From NCBI GenBank assembly GCA_035631875.1, contig DASQHX010000009.1, positions 445,185-477,184 of the forward strand: a DNA stretch of 32,000 bases, given 5' to 3'. Each line of letters starts with the position of its first letter. Positions within the stretch are counted from its first letter, which is position 1. The notes under the pieces are model-generated. The model saw nothing but the letters and a program-made list of their open reading frames with translations, was not told the DNA's origin and made no database searches. Positions 22,992-32,000 of this stretch are shown in pieces. Origin of the DNA: Nitrosopumilaceae archaeon. Its GTDB lineage: Archaea; Thermoproteota; Nitrososphaeria; Nitrososphaerales; Nitrosopumilaceae. A program made the translations under genes and the position numbers.

Positions 22992-23213
22992 ATGTTTTTC
23001 AAAACAACTCATCACATGACTTCTAAACAAATGTCTGTTGGTATAGGTATACCAATGATTGTGGTTGGAGCTTTGCTGGCAGTCTTTCTTGCACCAACAC
23101 AAATTCAACTTAAAGACACGATTGAGTTCATAGGAAGTCTCATTGGAATACTTGGTGTGGTAATTTTTATAGCAGGACTTTTTGTGAGAAAAACACCACA
23201 AATAACATCCTAA
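22992..23213 (+). CDS. Small two-TM membrane protein (hypothetical)
   Basis: Two hydrophobic helices (IGIPMIVVGALLAVFLA, LIGILGVVIFIAGLFV). The antisense ORF 22986..23201 has no such features. 4-nt overlap with the convergent NHL gene end. Confidence 0.45.
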   Translation: MFFKTTHHMTSKQMSVGIGIPMIVVGALLAVFLAPTQIQLKDTIEFIGSLIGILGVVIFIAGLFVRKTPQITS

Positions 23214-25594
23214 GTCTTTACTATTCCAACAGAGATGAGGTATTGAATTTCAGCTGTAAATTCCTTGTCTGAGATCAATCCATTTGTCCACCAGTTTACA
23301 TTTGTTTTAATCCATCCTGGTATTTTCACATTAGAATTAGATTCATTAGAGGTTATAGGAGCTTGAATTATTCCTTGTCTTATTAGATAGTTTATTCCTG
23401 TTGCAAAGTCAGTATTGTTAAAAAGATCTTCAGACCACCATTTGGCACTGTTTTTCACCCAAGTTGGTATAGTTATTTCATCTACATTTCCTAATGGAGA
23501 AAATTTTTGAACATCATTATTTGCCTTATCAATTACATATACATTATTTTTTGAATCAATAGCTAATCCAACTGGATCTGCAAACTGCTCAGGACCAATA
23601 CCAAATGAACCCCAACTAACTAGAAATGTTCCATCAGAATCAAACTTTTGTATTCTGTAATTATTTGTGTCTGCAACATAGATGTAACCATTGGAATCTA
23701 TTGCTATGGAATTAGGATTGTTAAATCTACCTTCTTCAGTACCTGTAGAACCAAAATAATTGATAAAATCTACGTTATTATTATATTTCAAAATTCTATT
23801 CGTATCTGAGGTTACAACATAAAAATTATTTTGAGAATCAAAAACAATTGAATTTGCTGCAGTAAAGTTTCCACCATAGGTAAGAGCAGGGTGTAATTCA
23901 TCTTTGTATTTTCCATTAAGATCAAATATTTGGATTTTATTTGTTCCAGAATCTAAAACAAAAATGTTCCCATCTCTATCTTCAGATATAGAAACGGGCG
24001 TATGAAACATTCCTGGAATCTCACCATATGTTCCCCATGCTAATACAAAGTTTCCATTTTTATCAAATTTTTCTATTCGCGCATTTCCAGTGTCAGATAT
24101 GTAAACATATTTTTGATCAACTAAAATTCCAGATGGATTTTGAAATTGTCCATTTCCTGATCCAAATGATCCCCAAGACAAAAGCGGCTTTCCAGCAGAG
24201 TCAAACTTCTTAATTTGTGAATTTCCAGAATCCACTACGTAGATGTTGTCAGTAGAATCTATCGTGATAGCCTTGGGATTCTTGAAATTAACATTAGTGC
24301 CAGAACCAAAAGTAGTAATTAATTTTGGTTTACTAAACTTAAAAGATGAAACAGTGTCAATGTTTTCTATAGAAAGACCCTGCACAAAGAATGTTGCAGT
24401 TCTTGTGGCACCTCCATAATCAATATACATATTCCATGTTCCTTGCACGTCATTTTTGTCAATTTTATGGGGAATAATAATATCTCCTGATTTCATTGGC
24501 ACAGTGGTTTTGATACTCTGTTTTCCATTTGGATCTACAAACCAGAAACCTATGGAATTTGTAATCAAACTTGTAGTGTGAATTTTTGCACCAATAATCT
24601 CACCTGGTCTGTATTTCAATTTGTCAAGGAAAATTTCTAAATCAATATTTGGTTTTAGAGTAGATCTTGCTGTCACTTGAAATGATTTTTTTTGAGTGAT
24701 TCCAGCATATTGTATTTCCAAATTATAGGTTCCAGGTTTGGTTGTAATATTTTCTAGGTGTAAATTTGTATTAACTGAAGTAACTGGAAATGTACTGGAT
24801 GTAGTATTACCTAAAGGATCGGTGATTTTCATTGCACCACTTGATTCTTTTACTCTTGTAAATAAGAGGTGTAGATTAACACCATCTCCTGTATCATATA
24901 CTTGCTTATCTGTTTGCAAAAAAATTGTCATAAGATTTCTTACATCATCTATTAGAAATGGTACTTCAACAGAAATGTTGTAATATTGAATCTTGAACTT
25001 ATATTCTCCTGGAGGATTATCGTTATCAATAATTTCACTTATTGGAAAATTGTATACCGTACTATATTGAAAGGGCATTATGTCAACTTGCCTCAAATTC
25101 TTTACAAAATTACCATTACTGTCATAAAAATTCAAATGAAAAACTTGTGCTTTTGTAGCAACAGGAATGTAATATGATGTAGTGATGTTTATTTTCATAA
25201 TATCAGGTTCATAGTAAAGTTCTTTGTCTGGTATTACAATAAGTTTGATAGGTTCTACCTTAAACGAAACTGTCTGCTTTATTCCATTATACGTATAATC
25301 TATTGACCAATTGCCAAAGTAATTATCAAATGCATTTCTTAAAATCTGATGAATTCCTTTGCCTCCTTTGAACTGATCAAGGGAACCAGAAATGCTAGAA
25401 CCATCAGGCCTATGTGCTACCCATGATACGGATCCCACACCATATCCATGTATGTTTAGATCTACACTGATGTTATCATTTGGACCAAAATCATCAGATT
25501 CTGGAACAGCATCTATTGTGATTGCATGAGCTTCTTGAGGAATTAGAAAAATTAATGTTAAGAAAAGTAAACCTGCACAAAGTATGATTTTCAC
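23210..25594 (-). CDS. Secreted NHL-repeat beta-propeller protein with N-terminal Ig/MG-like beta-sandwich repeats and duplicated C-terminal Trp-rich modules
   Basis: Signal peptide ending AHA-I. DK(x)xY(x)PG(E/D)-type beta-sandwich starts appear at DKELYYEPD, DKQVYDTGD and DKLKYRPGE. Six NHL-like blades span about 23495-24286 (for example FNNPNSIAIDSNGYIYVADTNNYRIQKFDSDG). The C-terminal repeats are described in the findings. Confidence 0.85.
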   Translation of the reverse strand: MKIILCAGLLFLTLIFLIPQEAHAITIDAVPESDDFGPNDNISVDLNIHGYGVGSVSWVAHRPDGSSISGSLDQFKGGKGIHQILRNAFDNYFGNWSIDYTYNGIKQTVSFKVEPIKLIVIPDKELYYEPDIMKINITTSYYIPVATKAQVFHLNFYDSNGNFVKNLRQVDIMPFQYSTVYNFPISEIIDNDNPPGEYKFKIQYYNISVEVPFLIDDVRNLMTIFLQTDKQVYDTGDGVNLHLLFTRVKESSGAMKITDPLGNTTSSTFPVTSVNTNLHLENITTKPGTYNLEIQYAGITQKKSFQVTARSTLKPNIDLEIFLDKLKYRPGEIIGAKIHTTSLITNSIGFWFVDPNGKQSIKTTVPMKSGDIIIPHKIDKNDVQGTWNMYIDYGGATRTATFFVQGLSIENIDTVSSFKFSKPKLITTFGSGTNVNFKNPKAITIDSTDNIYVVDSGNSQIKKFDSAGKPLLSWGSFGSGNGQFQNPSGILVDQKYVYISDTGNARIEKFDKNGNFVLAWGTYGEIPGMFHTPVSISEDRDGNIFVLDSGTNKIQIFDLNGKYKDELHPALTYGGNFTAANSIVFDSQNNFYVVTSDTNRILKYNNNVDFINYFGSTGTEEGRFNNPNSIAIDSNGYIYVADTNNYRIQKFDSDGTFLVSWGSFGIGPEQFADPVGLAIDSKNNVYVIDKANNDVQKFSPLGNVDEITIPTWVKNSAKWWSEDLFNNTDFATGINYLIRQGIIQAPITSNESNSNVKIPGWIKTNVNWWTNGLISDKEFTAEIQYLISVGIVKT

Positions 25595-25687
25595 TACATC
25601 ATTTTTCTATTTTGAACAAATAAATCATTTTAGTTACTCAGGCATAGATCCAATTGAATAAATATTGAAAAACTACAGATCGATTGC

Positions 25688-26401
25688 TTGAAAGTAAGAC
25701 TATTTGAGATATTCACTTCACTTGAAGGAGAAGGGATACTATATGGAACAAAGACGCTTTTTGTAAGACTAGCAGGTTGTCCTTTCAAATGTTTTTACTG
25801 TGACACTAAAGACTCCTTACCAATGGATTCTGGACAGGAATACACCATTGACGAAGCTTGTAAACTAATAGAAAATAATTTGGAAAAAAATACATACAAA
25901 GTCAATTTTACAGGAGGTGATCCTTTGCTTCAATCTGAAGCAGTCTCAGAAATGGCAAAGTTTGCTAAGGCGAAAAAAATTCCAACTTATCTTGAATCAT
26001 CATGTTATGACTCGAAAAGATTTTCCCAAGTTCTTCCATATCTTGATTACATCAAAATTGAATTTAAGACACCAGAATCAGAATTTGTTGATCCAAAACA
26101 TTATTCTAAACTTTTAGAAAATGAATTACAATGCCTTACCCTGGCAGTAAATTCAAAAAAAATTACCTACATCAAAGTCGTAATAAATTCAAAAACTCAA
26201 CTTGGACCATTTAAAAAGCTACTAGAGAAGATTTTTACTAGTACTTCTAAATCGAAAATTGCAGGATTTATAATACAGCCAACCTATGGTATAGCAGAGC
26301 CAAGTTTGAAACAGCTTCTTAGTTTTTATGATGCAGTTTATCCATATTATAATGAAGCACGAATAATTCCGCAACTTCATAAATTCATAGGTGCACCATG
26401 A
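25688..26401 (+). CDS. queE: 7-carboxy-7-deazaguanine synthase (radical SAM)
   Basis: LFEIFTSLEGEGILYGTKTLFVRLAGCPFKCFYCDT is the QueE N-terminus with the CxxxCxxC cluster. The start must be TTG at 25688, because a stop lies at 25667-25669 and the first in-frame ATG is after the cluster motif. Confidence 0.85.
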   Translation: MKVRLFEIFTSLEGEGILYGTKTLFVRLAGCPFKCFYCDTKDSLPMDSGQEYTIDEACKLIENNLEKNTYKVNFTGGDPLLQSEAVSEMAKFAKAKKIPTYLESSCYDSKRFSQVLPYLDYIKIEFKTPESEFVDPKHYSKLLENELQCLTLAVNSKKITYIKVVINSKTQLGPFKKLLEKIFTSTSKSKIAGFIIQPTYGIAEPSLKQLLSFYDAVYPYYNEARIIPQLHKFIGAP

Positions 26402-26961
26402 TGAATAAAGATAGAATAAGACGACTAGTAAGAGAACTAATAGCCGAAATAGGCGAAGATCCTACTCGTGAGGGTCTGGTGGATACTCCCGCCAGAATTG
26501 CAGACATGTACACAGAAATTTTCAATGGTTATGACGCCGAATCTGAACTATCTGTCAAATTCTCTGAAGATTCTGATGTAATTATTGCAAAAGATATTCA
26601 ATTTTATTCAATGTGTGAACATCATATGTTGCCTTTTTTTGGAAAGATTGCTATAGCATATTCGCCAAATGGAAAAGTTTTTGGAATCTCAAAATTAGTT
26701 AGACTCGTAGAAAAATATACTAAAAGATTGCAAATACAAGAAAGGATTACAAAAAACATTGCAGATGAATTGTATTCAGAAGGAGTAAAGGGAGTTATTG
26801 TGATCACAGAAGGAGAACATCTTTGTATGAAAATGCGTGGTGTTGAAAATGATGCCAAAGTAACTACCGTTGCATATAGAGGAATTTACGACAAAAAAGA
26901 AGCCAGAACAGACATACTGGGTATGATTTACAATGCCAGCTCACAAACTAAAATAATCTAA
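26398..26961 (+). CDS. folE: GTP cyclohydrolase I (FolE type)
   Basis: GLVDTPARIADMY, the CEHHMLPF zinc-site motif, and QERITKNIAD. ATGA overlap with queE. Confidence 0.9.
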   Translation: MMNKDRIRRLVRELIAEIGEDPTREGLVDTPARIADMYTEIFNGYDAESELSVKFSEDSDVIIAKDIQFYSMCEHHMLPFFGKIAIAYSPNGKVFGISKLVRLVEKYTKRLQIQERITKNIADELYSEGVKGVIVITEGEHLCMKMRGVENDAKVTTVAYRGIYDKKEARTDILGMIYNASSQTKII

Positions 26962-27005
26962 TTTTTTGAAAAAACTAAATAATAACGTCTAAACTACAGC
27001 AAAAC

Positions 27006-27260
27006 ATGGGTGTACACAATAATGCACATGTACCAAAAGAATCGTTTCCTACATTCCTATGGTATGCCCTTGAATTCTTTATTGTGTTAGGAGCAGCTAT
27101 TGGAATTTCATTGAATTCCATGAGTTATTTTCAAAAAATAGGATTTACAGAAGACATGACTGATTGGATATTTTGGGGAATAATTGGTGCAGTCTTTCTT
27201 GTCTATTATCTGATTGTACGAAATTTTATTTTGAAAAGACCTATTTTATCAAAAATCTAA
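27006..27260 (+). CDS. Small two-TM membrane protein (hypothetical)
   Basis: 84 aa with two hydrophobic helices (FLWYALEFFIVLGAAIGI, IFWGIIGAVFLVYYLIV). 44 nt downstream of folE on the same strand. Confidence 0.45.
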   Translation: MGVHNNAHVPKESFPTFLWYALEFFIVLGAAIGISLNSMSYFQKIGFTEDMTDWIFWGIIGAVFLVYYLIVRNFILKRPILSKI

Positions 27261-27267
27261 AGTAAAT

Positions 27268-27942
27268 CTAGTTTCTATACTCTGTTTTATCATATATTCT
27301 GGCTTTAAGAAATGCAGCTTTTCTATTGCTACATGATTCACAGCTACCGCAATGAATTTTGACATTGGCATAACAACTCCAAGTTTTGAAGATTTCATCT
27401 CCAAGTCTTTTATAACCAATTTTTAGAAGATCACTTTTTGACAAACCGACCATAAAAGGAGTCCACACATTGATTTTCTTTCTAAGATTTTGCTTTATTC
27501 CATCAATTTCACCTTCATTAAATGCCCGTTCAATTAGTCTACTAAAGGAAGGTCTACAATCCGGATATCTTTGATCACCCTTATGGGCACCATATGCTAC
27601 TAATTGAGCATTTTTTGAAAATGCCCATGCAGAAGCAATTGAGAGAAAAACAGCATTTCTTATAGGAACTACAACAGAATAATCAAACTTGGAAGGAATT
27701 TTCATTTTTGAGTTTGTGAGCGCATTTGTTTTCTCGTAAAGTTCTTTCATGAACTCTATATTTACAATTTTATGCTCTGCTAATTTTAAATTTTTTGCAA
27801 AATGTTTTGCTATTTTTATTTCTTGATCTGCCTTTTGACCATATGAAAAAGTAATTGCATGAAGTTCAAACCTAGATTTCAAATGTATTGCAGTGCAAAC
27901 GGAATCTAATCCTCCACTAAAAATTATTATTGCTTTTTTCAA
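27268..27942 (-). CDS. queC: 7-cyano-7-deazaguanine (preQ0) synthase
   Basis: PP-loop KKAIIIFSGGLDS and the C-terminal Zn motif CGSCESCSNR. I favour the TTG start at 27942 (LKKAIIIF, matching the usual MKKAVVLLSGGLDS-type N-terminus). The listed ATG at 28011 adds 23 atypical residues and overlaps the upstream gene by 31 nt. Confidence 0.8.
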   Translation of the reverse strand: MKKAIIIFSGGLDSVCTAIHLKSRFELHAITFSYGQKADQEIKIAKHFAKNLKLAEHKIVNIEFMKELYEKTNALTNSKMKIPSKFDYSVVVPIRNAVFLSIASAWAFSKNAQLVAYGAHKGDQRYPDCRPSFSRLIERAFNEGEIDGIKQNLRKKINVWTPFMVGLSKSDLLKIGYKRLGDEIFKTWSCYANVKIHCGSCESCSNRKAAFLKARIYDKTEYRN

Positions 27943-27980
27943 TTTGAATGCTATTGTTTTATGCCAAATAAATTGCTTGA

Positions 27981-28808
27981 TTATGCTATAGTAAGTAATG
28001 CTGCACCGCATAATATCAAAACAGCACCCATCCCGACACGTATTATTCCACGTTTTTGAACTATTTCTTTAAAATATAATATTCCCCAAGATACTGCAAA
28101 AAGGGTAGCTGTTTGAGAAATTGGATATGCTATTGTTATGCCTATCATGCCAACAGCAATTAACACTGATAGACTACCAATATTAAAAAGAGTTCCAGAA
28201 ATGACTCCAGCAATAGTCTCCTTTTTGATAAATCTTCTCGCAAAGAAAAACAAAGGTATACCAATCATAAAAATGGAAAGACTTGACGAAAAAAACCCTG
28301 TTTGTAGAGTATGAGTTGCTTGCATTGGAATAACATAAGAGCCTCCTATCAAACCTCCAGCTGCCGCTACTATGTATCCTTTTTTTTGTATTGATGGATT
28401 TCTAGCTCCATTAGTTACAAATGGTAATCCGCATAGTAAAAGTCCTATTGCTATCAATGCAAGAATTAATGAATTAAATTTTTCACCAAAAAATAAAACT
28501 CCCCACGTAAATGACGCTATAATACTAAATCCTGCAAGAAAAGGCGATGTTCTTGCAAGTCCGATTAGTCTTACTGCATATAGAGCTAGAATATTACTGA
28601 CAGTCCAAATTATGCCAGCTACAAAACCGCTTAACTGTAATTCAAAACCCCAGAAAAAACCAATTGGGATGGCAAAAAGAAGAACGCCTATAGAAGTTGC
28701 TCCTTGTAGTTGCCAGACATTTGTGATGCCTACTTTTCTAACTGATACAAAAAAAGTTCCCCAGTTTATAGCTGCAAGGACAGCAAAAAGCAGACCCAAA
28801 TATATCAA
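27981..28808 (-). CDS. Drug/metabolite-transporter superfamily membrane protein (10 TM, GRP/EamA-like)
   Basis: 275 aa with two roughly 5-TM halves. The N-terminus LAAINWGTFFVSVRK is typical of DMT carriers. The antisense ORF 28372..28824 is rejected. Confidence 0.7.
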   Translation of the reverse strand: MIYLGLLFAVLAAINWGTFFVSVRKVGITNVWQLQGATSIGVLLFAIPIGFFWGFELQLSGFVAGIIWTVSNILALYAVRLIGLARTSPFLAGFSIIASFTWGVLFFGEKFNSLILALIAIGLLLCGLPFVTNGARNPSIQKKGYIVAAAGGLIGGSYVIPMQATHTLQTGFFSSSLSIFMIGIPLFFFARRFIKKETIAGVISGTLFNIGSLSVLIAVGMIGITIAYPISQTATLFAVSWGILYFKEIVQKRGIIRVGMGAVLILCGAALLTIA

Positions 28809-28900
28809 GTTAGTTTCTTTGTAAAAATTGTGTTATAACTCGTTTTCTATCATCAGATGACTCGTCCAAAGTTTAATTTCTAGAACGTTAATTTTCTGTC

Positions 28901-29662
28901 ATGACACCAAAATATCTTCAGGTTGAAAAAGATGGCGAAATTGTATTAATCACAATAAACAGACCAGAGAAACTTAATGCATTAAATCTTGAAGTAATGA
29001 ATGAATTTATTTCAATATTAGATGATTTAGAAAAAGACTCGTCAAAGGTAGTTATTATTACCGGTGCTGGACAAAAGGCATTCTCTGCAGGAGCTGATAT
29101 TGAATATATGAGTAAAATAGGATCATCGGAAGCAGAAAAATACGCATTGAAAGGACATGAGGTACTCAATAAGATTGAAAAACTGGAAAAACCAGTCATT
29201 GCGGCAATTAATGGTTACGCACTTGGTGGGGGTTGTGAGCTTGGTCTTGCATGTGACATTAGGTTCGCTTCTCCAAATGCTCAACTTGGTCAACCTGAAG
29301 TTACAATAGGTATCTGTCCAGGGTGGGGTGGCACTCAAAGACTTTTACGAATTATAGGACCTGCTAGGGCAAAGGATCTAATATTTACAGGAAGAAAAAT
29401 TAATGCAGAAGAAGCTCTTGTAATGGGTTTGGTAAATAAAATAATTTCAAATGAAAATCTTATTTCAGAATCAAAAGCATATGCAAAAAATATAATAAAA
29501 AACAGTAGTTTTGCTATTGGTATATCAAAGATGCTTGTTAACAAAGGAATGGATGCAAATCTAGATACTGGTTTAAAGCTTGAAATCTATTCTTGGTCTC
29601 TTTGCTTTTCAAGTAAAGAAAGAGAAGAAAGAATGCGAGCGTTTGTAGAAAAAAATAACTAA
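28901..29662 (+). CDS. Enoyl-CoA hydratase/isomerase (crotonase fold), possibly the 3-hydroxypropionyl-CoA dehydratase/crotonyl-CoA hydratase of the thaumarchaeal carbon-fixation cycle
   Basis: ITINRPEKLNALN, FSAGADI, and the oxyanion and catalytic region AAINGYALGGGCELGLACDIRFAS...QPEVTIGICPGWGGTQRL. The pathway assignment is inference only. Confidence 0.85.
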   Translation: MTPKYLQVEKDGEIVLITINRPEKLNALNLEVMNEFISILDDLEKDSSKVVIITGAGQKAFSAGADIEYMSKIGSSEAEKYALKGHEVLNKIEKLEKPVIAAINGYALGGGCELGLACDIRFASPNAQLGQPEVTIGICPGWGGTQRLLRIIGPARAKDLIFTGRKINAEEALVMGLVNKIISNENLISESKAYAKNIIKNSSFAIGISKMLVNKGMDANLDTGLKLEIYSWSLCFSSKEREERMRAFVEKNN

Positions 29663-30576
29663 AGTATTATTGTACCTTTACTTGGTTTGCATATGATTGT
29701 TTGACATTTTGTTTTTGCAGATTTGAATCCTATTTCCATAGCAGTACAAATCTTTTTTACATTGGATGTCTGCAAAGCAAAGGCAATAACAGATGGTCCC
29801 GCACCACTTATCGTGAAACCAAGCGCTCCAGCTCGAAGGGCATTTTCTTTTACTTGAATAAATCCTGGAATCATGTGTTGCCTTGCAGGTTCCACTATTA
29901 TGTCTCTTACAGAACTCCCAATCATCAATGTATCTTGTTTCATAAATCCTGCTGTCATTGCTGCGGCATTTGAGAGATTATGGACGTGATCTGAAAGCTT
30001 GATTTGTTTTGGTAGAACACCTCTAGAAACTTGAGTCTTCTTTGGTGGTATGACAAGTTTGGGAATTGCAACACAAAGAACCAGATCCTTAGGTGGCTCT
30101 ATTCTTATTATATTAAGTGGATTTGTTCTCACTATAACAAAACCGCCAAGTAACGCTGCTGCTACATTATCATAATGAATAGAACCCGCACTGGCTTTCT
30201 CTCCCATACCTGCAAATTCTACAAGAGCTTTTGCATCAAGATTAAGATCAAATAACGCATCAAAAGCTACAGCAGCGGCAGCAGCTGACGCTGCACTGCT
30301 TCCCATTCCAAAGCCTGCAGGTACTCCTTTGTTAATTTTTAAAACTAGACCAGATTTGATCTTGAATTTTTTTGCCATTTCTTTTACAACCAATCCGGCA
30401 GAGTTTTTTTCTGGTACAATGGGAATAGAGTCAGAAGTTTGAATTTTAATTCCATTATTACCTTTTTCAAGTTGTATTTTATCATAATAGGCATCAAGTG
30501 CAAGACCAAACACATCAAAGCCGGGACCCAAGTTTGCAGTAGAAGATGGAGATTTTACAATAACTTTAGAGACCAT
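29659..30576 (-). CDS. thrB: Homoserine kinase (GHMP family)
   Basis: N-terminal KSPSSTANLGPGFDVFGLAL and the GHMP motif PAGFGMGSSAASAAAA. 305 aa. Confidence 0.85.
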   Translation of the reverse strand: MVSKVIVKSPSSTANLGPGFDVFGLALDAYYDKIQLEKGNNGIKIQTSDSIPIVPEKNSAGLVVKEMAKKFKIKSGLVLKINKGVPAGFGMGSSAASAAAAAVAFDALFDLNLDAKALVEFAGMGEKASAGSIHYDNVAAALLGGFVIVRTNPLNIIRIEPPKDLVLCVAIPKLVIPPKKTQVSRGVLPKQIKLSDHVHNLSNAAAMTAGFMKQDTLMIGSSVRDIIVEPARQHMIPGFIQVKENALRAGALGFTISGAGPSVIAFALQTSNVKKICTAMEIGFKSAKTKCQTIICKPSKGTIIL

Positions 30577-31334
30577 TACTCTTCTATCTCCTCTCCCAAA
30601 TTAAGAATTCTGCTCAACGCAGCCTCAAGATTAATCATTCCTTCAGTAGTTGTATTTGAAATTGGAATTAGTCCTTGGGAAAATCCACCAACATTCAAAC
30701 TTCTTAAAATATTCATCACAAGAGTGTAGCTTTCCCCATCTGATTGTTTAGATATTGCTTCTTCAAGACTGTTCAGATTTGAAGACCATTTTAAAATATC
30801 TCTAATTCGGTCTTCTATCAGATCAATTTTTGTTAAGACATTAACGAAAGGCAAATTTAATCTAAGTTTGATTGACGAAGCAAGAAGTGCCATTGAAACA
30901 AAATTAGTTGGTGTGGTAACAAGTGAACCATCATGTAGAAATATTGCACCTTTTTGTTCCACATTAAAATTTTGTACAAAAAAAGGACCACTTGTTCTAT
31001 ATGCAAAAAGCTCTATCTGTCCTGGCGTATCAACTATCAAATAGTCTGGATTTACATTATCAACGTCTCTTTGAAGTTCATCAATTTTTGATGCAATTAG
31101 ATCACTTGCCATTATCATTGCACCATTAGGTCCCAAATCGTACTGTTTCATTACTGAGATAAGATCTACATAGTCTCTAACATCAACATCACAAGTATAT
31201 GGTAAATTTTCTACTCCTGGATCCAAATTTAAAACACCAGCAAAATTACCATTCTTTGTATAATAATCAAATAAGTTTGCCGTGAGTAATGATTTCCCGG
31301 AACCAGCAGTACCAATAATAAAAATGGCTTTCAT
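30576..31334 (-). CDS. GPN-loop GTPase
   Basis: P-loop GTAGSGKS, GPNGA (the GPN loop), DTPGQIELF. 252 aa. 1-nt overlap with thrB. Confidence 0.85.
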   Translation of the reverse strand: MKAIFIIGTAGSGKSLLTANLFDYYTKNGNFAGVLNLDPGVENLPYTCDVDVRDYVDLISVMKQYDLGPNGAMIMASDLIASKIDELQRDVDNVNPDYLIVDTPGQIELFAYRTSGPFFVQNFNVEQKGAIFLHDGSLVTTPTNFVSMALLASSIKLRLNLPFVNVLTKIDLIEDRIRDILKWSSNLNSLEEAISKQSDGESYTLVMNILRSLNVGGFSQGLIPISNTTTEGMINLEAALSRILNLGEEIEE

Positions 31335-31384
31335 TTTGACTAATAGCTATTTTTATGTTCAGCTTATATTTCCATCCCTAAATA

Positions 31385-32000
31385 ATGCAGACAATGAATT
31401 GGAAAATACTGGCAATTCCAGTAAGTGTAATCCCTTTTGTTTTAATTGCTGTTACCTTTAACATAAGTCTTAATTCTCTTTTTGCTATAGGTCTTCTTCC
31501 TTTTGTTGGTGCTGCACTTGCTATGTGTTGTAAATTGTTTACACAAGGTCTAAAATTCAATTATTTAGTAAAAAAATTTCTTGGACCTGTAGAGGCTAAT
31601 TGGAAAACAATCTCAGTAAGAATTGGAAGCGAGTTTGTTACATCTACCACTCCATCATTTGTAGGTGGAGAATTGGCTAGAATAATGTGGTTAAATAAGA
31701 GAGGTATTCCAATTGGTAAAGCATCCTGGGTTACGATAATGGAAATTGTTACCGAAGTATTAGTAGCAGGAACTTTTGCTCTTACTGCAGCTGTATTTTC
31801 ATTTCTTAACGGTGCATATGTTATTGGGATCACAATAGTTGCAATAAGTTTGCCTGTCACTGGATTGTGGTGTACACTATTTTTTTTATCATCTAAAAGA
31901 ACTTTTCAAATTCCTTCATGGGCTACAAAACTTGCTAAACGTTCTGGAAGAGAACGCATAGTGAACTCGCTTGATAAAACAAATCTTTGGATGAAAGAGA
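31385..32000 (+). CDS. Flippase-like / lysylphosphatidylglycerol-synthase-TM-type membrane protein (UPF0104-like), 3' end beyond the window
   Basis: My own translation from the ATG at 31385 runs without a stop to the window end: MQTMNWKILAIPVSVIPFVLIAVTF...IGSEFVTSTTPSFVGGELARIMWLNKRGIPIGKASWVTIMEIVTEVLVAG... It is multi-TM. The motif GGE(x)xR...G(x)xxxKA is typical of this family. It is absent from the ORF track because it has no stop in the window. Confidence 0.7.
   Translation, partial: MQTMNWKILAIPVSVIPFVLIAVTFNISLNSLFAIGLLPFVGAALAMCCKLFTQGLKFNYLVKKFLGPVEANWKTISVRIGSEFVTSTTPSFVGGELARIMWLNKRGIPIGKASWVTIMEIVTEVLVAGTFALTAAVFSFLNGAYVIGITIVAISLPVTGLWCTLFFLSSKRTFQIPSWATKLAKRSGRERIVNSLDKTNLWMKE

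Noticed and set aside
28372-28824. The 150-aa plus-strand ORF inside the DMT transporter gene.
   Set aside because: It is antisense to a 10-TM protein with coherent hydrophobic periodicity. The plus-frame product has no domain features and no promoter context.
1-32000. A mobile element, integrated virus or genomic island (searched for integrase, transposase, terminal inverted repeats and tRNA-flanked direct repeats).
   Set aside because: I recognised no recombinase or transposase motifs in any frame and no long flanking repeats. The only compositional anomalies are the short G+C-rich patches reported separately.

Overview
This is an AT-rich (roughly one-third G+C by eye), gene-dense archaeal chromosomal segment. 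The gene content includes TFB, an ESCRT-III/CdvB-type protein, a GPN-loop GTPase, queE/folE/queC for the archaeosine precursor, a TRAM protein and a crotonase. Together with TATA-box spacing that suggests leaderless transcripts, this points to an ammonia-oxidising thaumarchaeon of the Nitrosopumilales type. That assignment is inference, not a database match. About 40 protein genes are supportable. Most are housekeeping: pirin, SecDF, a prs/THUMP-methyltransferase/RNase Z/sirtuin operon, SDR, GtrA, MFS, homoserine kinase and enoyl-CoA hydratase. I recognised no rRNA, canonical tRNA, CRISPR array, transposase or integrase. I did not find a clear-cut novel system with recognisable enzymology. The best second-look candidates are: (1) a tightly coupled cassette at 19816-22931 (small wHTH, membrane-spanning wHTH, secreted mosaic protein) with a convergent NHL-propeller surface protein beside it, plus a diverged copy of the small wHTH gene at 2217 upstream of secDF; (2) two G+C-rich, roughly 90-nt plus-strand elements with strong helices and T-runs (12884-12973 and 19601-19694), which look like unclassified structured RNAs; (3) a stand-alone CARF/Csa3-like wHTH regulator (10402-11166) next to an operon of a cytoplasmic BtuF-fold protein, a metallophosphoesterase and a hemerythrin-like protein; (4) an unlisted 36-codon C2H2 zinc-finger ORF (14767-14877) in a very A+T-rich 680-bp spacer; (5) a coiled-coil protein with five 21-residue repeats and an RGG-TRAM protein near a solitary CdvB paralog. 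All functional calls come from motif recognition by eye. No searches were run.
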